DNA of 39,178 bases from an uncultured archaeon (GTDB lineage: Archaea > Asgardarchaeota > Thorarchaeia > Thorarchaeales > Thorarchaeaceae), in assembly GCA_964458565.1 (NCBI GenBank), contig CAYWJO010000033.1, positions 1 to 39,178 of the forward strand, in the 5' to 3' direction. Positions 1 to 8,132 of this stretch are shown here, one piece after another. The translations under genes and the position numbers were made by a program. Numbering within the stretch: the stretch's first letter is position 1; every line of letters begins with the position of its first letter. Under the pieces are notes generated by a model. That model saw only the letters and a list, made by a program, of their open reading frames with translations. It was not told where the DNA came from and did not search any database.

Positions 1-1461
1 GTAGAATCAGTGAATTCGATAATTAAAGCAGAAAGAGCTGTAAGAGGATTAAATGCTGTAATTGTTTTTGGTCAAGGTAAACGTATTAGATGGGAGGAAG
101 GACCTGCTAATCCTGGTTACGCAGGTGTAGCTGGTATCTTTGCTCAACTACTAGGCCAACGTGGACTATTTCCTATGGCTGTACTTTCAAGTGAGTTATA
201 TCTTCCTTGGACACAGAAAAATCAGGTTCCACGACGAATTGCAGATTTCATAAAAGAGGACATTATGAAGAATGAATTGGGCGATATTCTATTTAGGCTC
301 CTGACAATTGGGCTGGATCTTTCTTCAGAGAATAGTAGTAAGTTCAAAGAATTGTTTGATTCTGTTTTAATGAAATATGCCAATAAACTTACTTCAATAG
401 GAGCAGTAAGACCTGCAGAATTTGCGAGAGAAGTTCTTAAACCACTTAAAAAATCGTTGCCTAGATTAATAGAAAAAGATGACATTTCCAAACTTAGATC
501 AAGATTGAGTTTAGAAAATCGTCACATGCAGAAATGGATAACTGATTTCTACAATTATGGAATCATCGCAGCTCGCTTCGTGAACGCCCCCACAGCAGAA
601 TTATATCAAGCATCTGGTAAAAAAATGAAATTCTTTGTTGTTAAAATGCCTCAAGGAAAAATAAAGCAACTCCTGTATGATTTAGCTGGCCGAATAATCG
701 ATGCAGAAAACCTGGGAATCAATGTTATAGTTGTATCAAATTGGGCGAGAACTGGTTGGAATGTCATTAGACCAGATCTCCTCATAGATACAACAGCAAC
801 GCGAAATGTAACGGCATGGCAACAACTTCGAGGAAGAGCCATGAGAGCTACGGCAACTTGGGATAAAGAGTGTTATGAGGCTATGATGCGTCTCGCAGGT
901 TCAAGAATTGGAGAGCTTATTGAACAAACTAGTACCTTCAATGAAGTCGGTGAGAATCAGAATAAAAAAGAATATGAGCAATTGGACAAGGCTACTATCA
1001 ATTTATTCTTGCAGATTCATGACGAAGCTAGGCAATTAAGTAACTACAGTCCGAAGTACAATCTAACAAGAAAAATCATGCATGGGGACTTGAAACAATT
1101 TGTGGATGATGAGCGAGAACAACTTGTTATTGAAATGATGCTGGTCAAGAATAAGGTGACGCATATTTATGAACTTATCAAAGCATATGGAGGTTCAATC
1201 CAAATAAGACAAAATAGACAAACAAAGGTATGGAGTAGAATTGCTTCGATAGCTGCCAAACATTCCTCTGCGTATTCTGTCAATCCATTTTCAGGCAAAT
1301 ATTCCAAAGGTGAAGACCATGCACCTTTGGTTTATTACACAGACCCAAGAATATATTCACCAGAAAAATTGAAGGAATATTTAGTTTCAGAACTGAAAGG
1401 CTGCGATCCTAGGATTATACAAGGGTGGTTTGATGCTGTCGTTTCAGGAAGAGGTAACTAA
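1..1461 (+). CDS. Superfamily 2 helicase-like protein (ResIII/DEAD-type), C-terminal part; 5'-truncated by the window edge
   Basis: Frame is open from base 1 (gta gaa tca gtg...). Contains the motif V-like VIVVSNWARTGWN and motif VI QQLRGRAMR. Walker A/B motifs are not in the window. Confidence 0.65.
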   Translation, partial: VESVNSIIKAERAVRGLNAVIVFGQGKRIRWEEGPANPGYAGVAGIFAQLLGQRGLFPMAVLSSELYLPWTQKNQVPRRIADFIKEDIMKNELGDILFRLLTIGLDLSSENSSKFKELFDSVLMKYANKLTSIGAVRPAEFAREVLKPLKKSLPRLIEKDDISKLRSRLSLENRHMQKWITDFYNYGIIAARFVNAPTAELYQASGKKMKFFVVKMPQGKIKQLLYDLAGRIIDAENLGINVIVVSNWARTGWNVIRPDLLIDTTATRNVTAWQQLRGRAMRATATWDKECYEAMMRLAGSRIGELIEQTSTFNEVGENQNKKEYEQLDKATINLFLQIHDEARQLSNYSPKYNLTRKIMHGDLKQFVDDEREQLVIEMMLVKNKVTHIYELIKAYGGSIQIRQNRQTKVWSRIASIAAKHSSAYSVNPFSGKYSKGEDHAPLVYYTDPRIYSPEKLKEYLVSELKGCDPRIIQGWFDAVVSGRGN

Positions 1462-1502
1462 TATTTCGACAAATTGTATCAAGTACATGGACGGGAATAT
1501 CT

Positions 1503-3026
1503 TTGATCAATCTACCAAGTGCTCTTAAAAAAGAAGAATGGGAAAAAATCAGAGCATCAGTTCTAGAGATAAATGGTATTTTAGTGACTGATTCTAATGG
1601 TATCATTATTTGGGTCAATGATACATTTACTCGAATTACTGGTTACTCCCCTGAAGAAGTAATAGGGAAAAAAACCAGCCTTCTTAAATCTGGGTATCAT
1701 GATTTAGAATTTTACAAGGAAATCTGGGATACGATAAACTCTGGTATAGTATGGTCTGGAGTTTTGATAAATCGAAGAAAAGATGGAACGTATTACACAG
1801 AATTGATGTCTATAACTCCACTTAAAATGGAAGAAAGCAATAATGTCTATTTTATTGCAATGAAAAAGGATATGAAAGATATTCATGGTTGGGAAGATTC
1901 AGAAAAACAACAGAGTACAGTTCTCGAAAGCGTTGTTCCTTTGATGACTGAGCTGGAAGAAGCCAGAAGTAAAACGCATGCGATTCTCGAAGCAACTAAC
2001 GAGGCTATTATACTTCTTTCAGCTGATGATAGGATGTTATGGCTCAATAAGGCATTTGGTAGATTCTTCTCATTAATTACTCAAGATGCAATCGGTGATT
2101 TCTTTCATAACTTAAATTCCCATTGGGAGAGGGTCTTCGAGGATTCAACCAAAATGATCCAGATTCTCAATAATGCAAAGGAGAATCAACTTTCTGAGTA
2201 TCGAGAAGTAGTAACTCAAATTTGGCCACAGAAACGAGAGCTAGAAGTTTATTCCGCACCTGTAGAGAATGCAAGCAAAAATTACTTGGGACAACTCTTC
2301 GTGTTCCGTGATGTAACACGGGAACGAGAAGTAGAACGAATGAAATCTGAATTTGTATCTTTAGTATCGCACGAGTTTCGTACACCATTAACATCCATGA
2401 TTGGTTATACTGAAATTATGTTAGAAGGAGATGCTGGTGATCTCACTGATGAACAAACAGATTTTCTGAAAACTATTCTAAGAAATGCGAACAATCTTGC
2501 TGAAATTATTAACAGTCTTCTGATTGTTTCTAGACTTGAGGCAGGTGCAATCAAACTAAATACGTGCAAACTAGAGATGAATGAAATTGTAAATCACGCA
2601 GTTGAATTATTACGACCTCAGATGGATGCTAAGAAACTGAAATTGATAGTTAGTGTTCCTACAGATTTGAAAGCAGTGGAAGGCGATAGTCGATGGATCA
2701 ATGAAGTCATGCTTAATCTTTTGTCAAATGCTTGCAAATACACTCCCTCTGATGGGACAATTCGTATTTCAGCAAAAGAAAAAGATGGTTTTCTCTATAT
2801 CAAAATCACGGATTCTGGAATTGGAATGTCAACATATGAACAGGAGAAGTTATTTACAAAGTTCTACAGGGCAGAAAATCCTGAAACCATTAAAGCTGGG
2901 GGGACAGGCTTGGGGCTCTGGATATCTCGTTCTTTGGTTGAAATGCATGGGGGAGAAATCTTGGTAACCAGTTTACCCAGAAAGGGTTCCACTTTCACAA
3001 TCAAATTGCCAATCAAGCTGGACTGA
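1503..3026 (+). CDS. PAS-PAS sensor histidine kinase (HisKA + HATPase_c), cytoplasmic
   Basis: Two PAS folds (VNDTFTRITGYSPEEVIGK; NKAFGRFF...FRDVT), H-box SHEFRTPLT, N-box NLLSNACKY, G1 DSGIG, G2 GGTGLGL. No transmembrane segments seen. Confidence 0.95.
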   Translation: MINLPSALKKEEWEKIRASVLEINGILVTDSNGIIIWVNDTFTRITGYSPEEVIGKKTSLLKSGYHDLEFYKEIWDTINSGIVWSGVLINRRKDGTYYTELMSITPLKMEESNNVYFIAMKKDMKDIHGWEDSEKQQSTVLESVVPLMTELEEARSKTHAILEATNEAIILLSADDRMLWLNKAFGRFFSLITQDAIGDFFHNLNSHWERVFEDSTKMIQILNNAKENQLSEYREVVTQIWPQKRELEVYSAPVENASKNYLGQLFVFRDVTREREVERMKSEFVSLVSHEFRTPLTSMIGYTEIMLEGDAGDLTDEQTDFLKTILRNANNLAEIINSLLIVSRLEAGAIKLNTCKLEMNEIVNHAVELLRPQMDAKKLKLIVSVPTDLKAVEGDSRWINEVMLNLLSNACKYTPSDGTIRISAKEKDGFLYIKITDSGIGMSTYEQEKLFTKFYRAENPETIKAGGTGLGLWISRSLVEMHGGEILVTSLPRKGSTFTIKLPIKLD

Positions 3027-3370
3027 AAGCGATAACAGTCACTGTATCCTAGGTCAAGCGAGATGGGTGAGGAAGAAAAATAGCCTCTGGAGTGGGAGGA
3101 GAAATACGGAGGACTTGAAGAAACACCCTTGTAACCAGAAACTGGCTTAGGATAAAACGTATGTCCCTTTGATAGAGTTACTTCTGCCAACTGAATTGAT
3201 GGACGACAGCAACTGTTCATCAGTGATGGAATTCACTGAATCAATAGTGAGTAGGGTTTAATTTCTTAAGATTAACTTTCTAACCATTCTAACCATGGTC
3301 GAGATGCTTTGTATATGATAGGAAACCCTTTTCTTGGGCAAATATGTTGTTATGAGTTAAGTGACCAAAG

Positions 3371-5113
3371 ATGTTCTTTACGCGTTCCGAAAAATATCCC
3401 CTTGAACACATGATTGATGTTGCAGCTGGTCGAACCTATGCGGAAACAGTTCTTGAAAATGCAAATGTTGTGAATGTATTTACAGGTGAGATACAGAAAG
3501 GAGATATAGCAATCTATAGTGGTTTTATAGCTGGTATTGGAGATTACAAGGGGAATAGGGTCATCGACCTGAAAGGAAAATATGTAACCCCTGCATTCAT
3601 TGACGGACATGTTCACGTTGAATCCTCAATGGTCATGCCCATCCAATATGCTCGAGCAGTGGTACCCCATGGTACAGGTGCAGTAATTGCTGACCCACAT
3701 GAGATTGCTAATGTACTTGGTATGGAAGGTATCATGTACATGAGCAAATCGATGCGAGGTTCACCACTAGACTTCTTCATTATGCTGCCTTCTTGTGTGC
3801 CTTCAACTGATCTGGAAACCAATGGAGTGGCACTTGATTTTCTTGATCTCCGACCCTTGATGACAGAGCAAAATGTCCTTGGCTTGGCTGAAGCCATGAA
3901 CTATCCAGGAGTTGTGTTTAAGGATCCGGAGATTTTAGAAAAAATAAGAGTAGCTCTAGAGCATGGAAAAAGGATTGACGGTCACGCACCTGGGCTCGAT
4001 GGAACTGATCTCAACGCATATGCGGCGGCACGTATCACATCGGATCACGAATCTATAACCCTTGAAGAGGCAAAAAGAAAACTAGCAGTTGGAATGCAGA
4101 TTCACATTAGGGAAGGTTCAACAGCGAAGAACCTCAAAGCGCTCTCAAAGGCCATCCAACCTCATACAGCAATGTTTTGCAGTTTTGTTACTGATGACCG
4201 AAACACATTGGATTTGATAACCAAAGGTCACATTGATAGCATGATTAGAGATGCCATCTCATATGGTGTCGACCCCATACATGCTATTCAGGTAGCTACG
4301 ATTTCTACTGCAAGACACTATGGACTAAGGCATACAGGATCGATAGCACCTGGTCACTATGCGGATCTTGTTGTGTTAGATTCCATCGAGAAAGTAAACG
4401 TGGAAATGGTATTCAAGCATGGAACTCTTGTTGCAAGGGAAGGAAAGCTAACTGAGGAATTTGGCGTTGACCGACCAACAAGACTCCGACGCTCTGTTAA
4501 TATTCATTGGCTAGAACCCGGTGACTTCCAAGTCAAAGCTGAGGGAAACCTGATGAATGTTATCGGTTTGATTCCAAATCAGATTATTACTGACCGCTTG
4601 ATTGAGGAGACAAAAATAGTAGATGGACTTGCTGTGCCAGATATAGATAGAGACATTGCAAAGATTGCGATTATTGAACGGCATAATGCAACTCCTCCAC
4701 AAGCTTTTGGTTTTGTGAAAGGTACCGGGATCAAAGAAGGAGCAATGGTATCGTCCATTGCCCATGATAGCCACAATATCGTTGTTGTAGCGACAAATGA
4801 TCATGATCTTGTTGCTGCAGCTGTTCAAATAGTTCGTATGCAAGGTGGAATTGCGATTGTTCGTGATGGCAAAGTCCTTGAGTCCTTACCCCTGCCAATT
4901 GCTGGACTAATGTCTGAACAACCAATTGAATTTGTAAGTGAAAAACTCACGTCTCTGAAAGCAGCAGCTAGGGAGATTGGGAGTGAATTAGAGGAACCCT
5001 TTATGGCAATGGCTTTCCTCTCACTACCCGTGATTCCGAAGCTTAAGATAACCGATCTTGGATTGATTGATGTCGAACGATTCCGTAAAATTGGTTTATT
5101 CGAGGTAGAATAA
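3371..5113 (+). CDS. ade: Adenine deaminase
   Basis: DGHVHVESS, DPHEIANVLG, EAMNYPG, DGHAP, SDHES, IREGS, TDD, SIAHDSHN and FLSLPVIP motifs of AdeC. Confidence 0.96.
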   Translation: MFFTRSEKYPLEHMIDVAAGRTYAETVLENANVVNVFTGEIQKGDIAIYSGFIAGIGDYKGNRVIDLKGKYVTPAFIDGHVHVESSMVMPIQYARAVVPHGTGAVIADPHEIANVLGMEGIMYMSKSMRGSPLDFFIMLPSCVPSTDLETNGVALDFLDLRPLMTEQNVLGLAEAMNYPGVVFKDPEILEKIRVALEHGKRIDGHAPGLDGTDLNAYAAARITSDHESITLEEAKRKLAVGMQIHIREGSTAKNLKALSKAIQPHTAMFCSFVTDDRNTLDLITKGHIDSMIRDAISYGVDPIHAIQVATISTARHYGLRHTGSIAPGHYADLVVLDSIEKVNVEMVFKHGTLVAREGKLTEEFGVDRPTRLRRSVNIHWLEPGDFQVKAEGNLMNVIGLIPNQIITDRLIEETKIVDGLAVPDIDRDIAKIAIIERHNATPPQAFGFVKGTGIKEGAMVSSIAHDSHNIVVVATNDHDLVAAAVQIVRMQGGIAIVRDGKVLESLPLPIAGLMSEQPIEFVSEKLTSLKAAAREIGSELEEPFMAMAFLSLPVIPKLKITDLGLIDVERFRKIGLFEVE

Positions 5114-5200
5114 TAGACCCGAATTAGCATTGGTTGTCATAATACTCATAAGGAGTTATTGTCAGCCCTGCTGATGATGTGCATATAGGGATCTACAAAC

Positions 5201-5377
5201 TTGTCTGAGATACCAATGCCAGGAGATTATGGACATCCCGAATCTCGTCCTACTAAACAGGATGGGGTTTGCAATGAATGCTGTGAAGGTACTTGCAGAG
5301 CGATAGGTATTTGCATTTTCATTTTAGTCATGATATTCCTATTTTATTATCTGGTTGTGGGTATATCATTCTTCTAA
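5201..5377 (+). CDS. Cys-rich tail-anchored microprotein, array copy 1 (58 aa; TTG start; not in ORF track)
   Basis: Manual translation: MSEIPMPGDYGHPESRPTKQDGVCNECCEGTCRAIGICIFILVMIFLFYYLVVGISFF*. Paralogous to the three following ORFs. Confidence 0.85.
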   Translation: MSEIPMPGDYGHPESRPTKQDGVCNECCEGTCRAIGICIFILVMIFLFYYLVVGISFF

Positions 5378-5455
5378 GACTTAATCCACGATAACGATAT
5401 TAATAAGAATGACTTCATCACACCAGAGCAAAGTCCAAGAGAGAGAGAAAGAACT

Positions 5456-5629
5456 ATGTCAGAAATACCAATGCCAGGGGATTACGGTACATCCGAACCC
5501 CGAGGACCTCAGCAAAAGGGATTCTGCGAACAATGTTTTGAAGGCTCATGTAAACTAATCTTAGCCTGTATTTTCATGATTTTAATATTTTACATCTTCA
5601 TGGCGATCATGTTTGGATCAATCTTTTAG
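5456..5629 (+). CDS. Cys-rich tail-anchored microprotein, array copy 2 (57 aa; not in ORF track)
   Basis: Manual translation: MSEIPMPGDYGTSEPRGPQQKGFCEQCFEGSCKLILACIFMILIFYIFMAIMFGSIF*. Confidence 0.88.
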   Translation: MSEIPMPGDYGTSEPRGPQQKGFCEQCFEGSCKLILACIFMILIFYIFMAIMFGSIF

Positions 5630-5640
5630 AGATGGAGTTC

Positions 5641-5705
5641 CATAAGCCTATTAAGATAGAATGCAACTAGAAGAATCTAGAGTTAAAACTATCCTTCTTG
5701 AGGGA
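5641..5705 (+). promoter_or_regulatory. Putative promoter unit for copy 3 (TATA-like TATTAA 5649-5654, inverted repeat CTAGA-agaa-TCTAG 5667-5680, SD-like GAGGGA); duplicated at ~5900-5964 for copy 4
   Basis: Elements read directly. TATTAA also precedes copy 2 (5398-5403). Function is inferred. Confidence 0.5.
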
Positions 5706-5714
5706 ATGAGAGAT

Positions 5715-5888
5715 ATGTCAGAGATACCAATGCCAGGGGATTACGGTACATCTGAATCCAGAGGTCCTCAACAGGATGGATTCTGCAGTCAGTGTTGTGA
5801 AGTTTCATGTAAAGCGGTCTTAGCTTGTATTTTCATAATTGTTGTGATATTCATCTTTTTGATGATCTTGCTTGGATCACCCTTTTAG
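5715..5888 (+). CDS. Cys-rich tail-anchored microprotein, array copy 3 (57 aa)
   Basis: MSEIPMPGDYGTSESRGPQQDGFCSQCCEVSCKAVLACIFIIVVIFIFLMILLGSPF*. Start moved from 5661 to 5715 by alignment with the paralogs and the upstream GAGGGA. Confidence 0.88.
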   Translation: MSEIPMPGDYGTSESRGPQQDGFCSQCCEVSCKAVLACIFIIVVIFIFLMILLGSPF

Positions 5889-5973
5889 AGATGGATTTCC
5901 ATAAGCCTATTAAGATAGAATGTAACTAGAAGAATCTAGAGTTAGAAATATCCTTCTTGAGGGAATGAGATAT

Positions 5974-6165
5974 ATGTCTGAGATACCAATGCCAGGAGAT
6001 TATGGTCAATCGCAACCGCCACAACCTGCGCAGAAAGGATTCTGTAGTAGTGTATGTGAATGGTCCTGTAAGGGATTAGCAATATGTTGTATCGTGATTG
6101 TTGTCATATTTCTGATATTTTTCACGATAGTTCTCAATAGCTTTCCATTTAGTATCTTCTACTAG
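5974..6165 (+). CDS. Cys-rich tail-anchored microprotein, array copy 4 (63 aa)
   Basis: MSEIPMPGDYGQSQPPQPAQKGFCSSVCEWSCKGLAICCIVIVVIFLIFFTIVLNSFPFSIFY*. Start moved from 5965 to 5974 by paralog alignment. Confidence 0.88.
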   Translation: MSEIPMPGDYGQSQPPQPAQKGFCSSVCEWSCKGLAICCIVIVVIFLIFFTIVLNSFPFSIFY

Positions 6166-6232
6166 CAGAATTAATCCAATGCATTGCGTCGCGTTTATAA
6201 CATGACATCAATTATTATTTGATATGTAACAA

Positions 6233-6916
6233 ATGGGGCAGAGATACCCTTTGACCGAATCGGATGAAGACAGCAATAATAAATCGGTTCAACTTGACGA
6301 TGGAGGTTTTATTGAACGAGTTGTGCGAGCTCTTGAGTTGACTGAGGGCGTTGAAATTGCACGCAGATATCTTGCAATGAATGCTTTTGATGGAGCACTT
6401 ACAATGTTGGGTCTCCTACTAGGTGGTCTCCTTACAATGGATCCGGCTCATCCTCAACTTGTCTTCAATTCAATTCTTCTTGCTGCTGTTGGTACAAGCG
6501 TAGCTATGGCAGTTTCTGGATTTAGTGGTTCATATCTCGCTGAATCTGCTGAGCGAGAGAGAGAAGTAGATGAGATTGGCAAAGCAATGCTCTCTGACAT
6601 GAGTGAATCAATGTATGCAAAAGCTACTAGAACCACTTCTGTTGTAGTCGCAATAGTTGATGGTTTATCTCCCGCAATCGCAGCATTCATCATTATTATA
6701 CCATTGATGTTTGTTCCATCTGGAATTCTAAATCCCTTTGTATCATTTTACATGGCTATCGTCATTTGCATGATGCTACTCTTCACTTTGGGGCTCTTTC
6801 TAGGACGAGTATCAGGAAAGAGTATGCTTGGATATGGAGCGAAGACTCTGTTTGCAGGAATTGTGACAGCATTACTTATGCTCCTGATATCATTTCTGAC
6901 AAGTGCTGAGGTCTAG
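6233..6916 (+). CDS. VIT1/CCC1 family membrane protein (Fe2+/Mn2+ transporter family)
   Basis: ARRY..MNAFDGALT in the first TM, SGFSGSYLAESAERE motif, about 5 TM helices. The start could instead be the TTG at 6251. Confidence 0.85.
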   Translation: MGQRYPLTESDEDSNNKSVQLDDGGFIERVVRALELTEGVEIARRYLAMNAFDGALTMLGLLLGGLLTMDPAHPQLVFNSILLAAVGTSVAMAVSGFSGSYLAESAEREREVDEIGKAMLSDMSESMYAKATRTTSVVVAIVDGLSPAIAAFIIIIPLMFVPSGILNPFVSFYMAIVICMMLLFTLGLFLGRVSGKSMLGYGAKTLFAGIVTALLMLLISFLTSAEV

Positions 6917-6918
6917 AA

Positions 6919-7905
6919 ATGTCAGTCAATCTACCTCGTGCTGGAATTGCATTTCTCCCAACACCAATGCATCCACTAAGAAATCTCGCGGAATCACTGG
7001 GATTTCGGGAGCTTTGGATTAAGCGTGATGACTTGACTGGATTGACCTTTGGTGGAAATAAGTCCAGAAAATTGGAGTATCTCATCGGAGATGCAATAGA
7101 ACAAGGAGTAGATACAGTAGTTACCGTTGGAGGTGTACAGAGTAACCATTGCCGTCAAACCGCAGAATTTGCAGCATCAGCAGGTTTGAGATGCATCTTA
7201 TTACTAGGAGGAGCAGAGCCTGATGTGGCAGATGGTAATCTACTGCTGGATAAGCTATACGGAGCAGAGGTCACATTCTTCCCTGATGAAACAGCGTTTG
7301 AGATAAATGACCGTCTTGATTCAATATCTGAGACTCTGAGAGACCAAGGATTTAATCCATACTCAATTCCTATTGGCGCTTCTAATGCGTTAGGGTGCAT
7401 GGCATATGCTCTTGCAGTTGAAGAAGTAAAAGAACAGCTTAAGAAAAAGAGAATTGATATTGGAAGAATAATCGTTGCTGAAGGTACTGGTGGAACACAC
7501 GCAGGGATCTTGGCTGGGGTGGAAAAATTCAATCTTGAATGTGAAGTTATTGGTGTTGGGGTTATGGAGTCATCTGAAGAATCAATTAACAGAGTTATTC
7601 ATTTACTTCAACTTATGACCGAGCAATATGGGGATTATTTTGGTGAGATGGAACCTGAGATTCTAGTTATGGATAAATTTCAGGGAGACGGTTATGGAAT
7701 TCTCGATGATGCTACACGGACTGCGATTGAGATGTTTGCTAAGATGGAAGGCATCATTCTCGACCCTGTCTATACAGGAAAAGCCGGCCTTGCATTGATT
7801 CAATTGGCTATCGCAGGTGATATAGATACGGATGTCCCAACCCTATTCTGGCATACAGGTGGAATTCCCTCCATCTTCCCAGAAACATCATCCTTCTTCA
7901 TTTAG
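6919..7905 (+). CDS. D-cysteine desulfhydrase / ACC deaminase family PLP enzyme
   Basis: PTP, KRDD, GGNKSRKLEY, QSNH, GTGGT, LDPVYTGK and HTGG motifs. Confidence 0.92.
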   Translation: MSVNLPRAGIAFLPTPMHPLRNLAESLGFRELWIKRDDLTGLTFGGNKSRKLEYLIGDAIEQGVDTVVTVGGVQSNHCRQTAEFAASAGLRCILLLGGAEPDVADGNLLLDKLYGAEVTFFPDETAFEINDRLDSISETLRDQGFNPYSIPIGASNALGCMAYALAVEEVKEQLKKKRIDIGRIIVAEGTGGTHAGILAGVEKFNLECEVIGVGVMESSEESINRVIHLLQLMTEQYGDYFGEMEPEILVMDKFQGDGYGILDDATRTAIEMFAKMEGIILDPVYTGKAGLALIQLAIAGDIDTDVPTLFWHTGGIPSIFPETSSFFI

Positions 7906-8132
7906 AGCTTCCTCACAACCCAAGGAATATCATTAAAACGATAATAAATAAACAATCAATGGTACTGAATATTTGAATCTACCAAATCATCAAAGATAAA
8001 GAGGTCACTGATATTATTCAAGAGAACATACAACATACCAATGGTGATGAACGAACAGTGAATCGTGAAAATAGTGTTGCTTTAATACCCAGTTACAATA
8101 CATCCACCTGAGTAGGCACAGGGGGTCACTCA

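Larger units (their letters stand above)
5201..6165 (+). repeat. Tandem gene array with ~255-259 bp period (starts at 5201, 5456, 5715, 5974)
   Basis: Repeated 5' block (a/t)tgtcNga(g/a)ataccaatgccagg(a/g)gatta(t/c)gg. The 85-bp spacers 5630-5714 and 5889-5973 differ at only 5 positions by manual alignment. Confidence 0.95.

Noticed and set aside
3041-3155. RNase P RNA-like motifs (GAGGAAG..., CAGAAACTGGCTTA)
   Set aside because: Only ~110 nt apart, the P4 pairing does not form properly, and GC content is too low for a convincing call.
2864-3220. 118-aa minus-strand ORF
   Set aside because: Overlaps the kinase 3' end in antisense, has Ser-rich non-protein-like composition, and shows no recognisable motif.
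5661-5714. N-terminal extension of copy 3 given by the ORF track
   Set aside because: The equivalent position in the next spacer reads ATG TAA, so the extension is not conserved. All copies align from MSEIP.
5627-5973. Pyrrolysine/amber read-through fusing copies 2-4 (all end in TAG) into a polyprotein
   Set aside because: The spacers are 85 nt (not a multiple of 3) and contain further in-frame stops. Each copy has its own start signals.
5201-6165. CRISPR array or integron-like cassette array
   Set aside because: The period is ~259 bp, the variable parts are homologous ORFs rather than unique spacers, and there is no cas or integrase gene in the window.
8045-8111. Box C/D sRNA (GTGATGA ... 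CTGA)
   Set aside because: No convincing internal D'/C' boxes or terminal stem; the region more likely holds the AAA gene promoter (TTTAATA).
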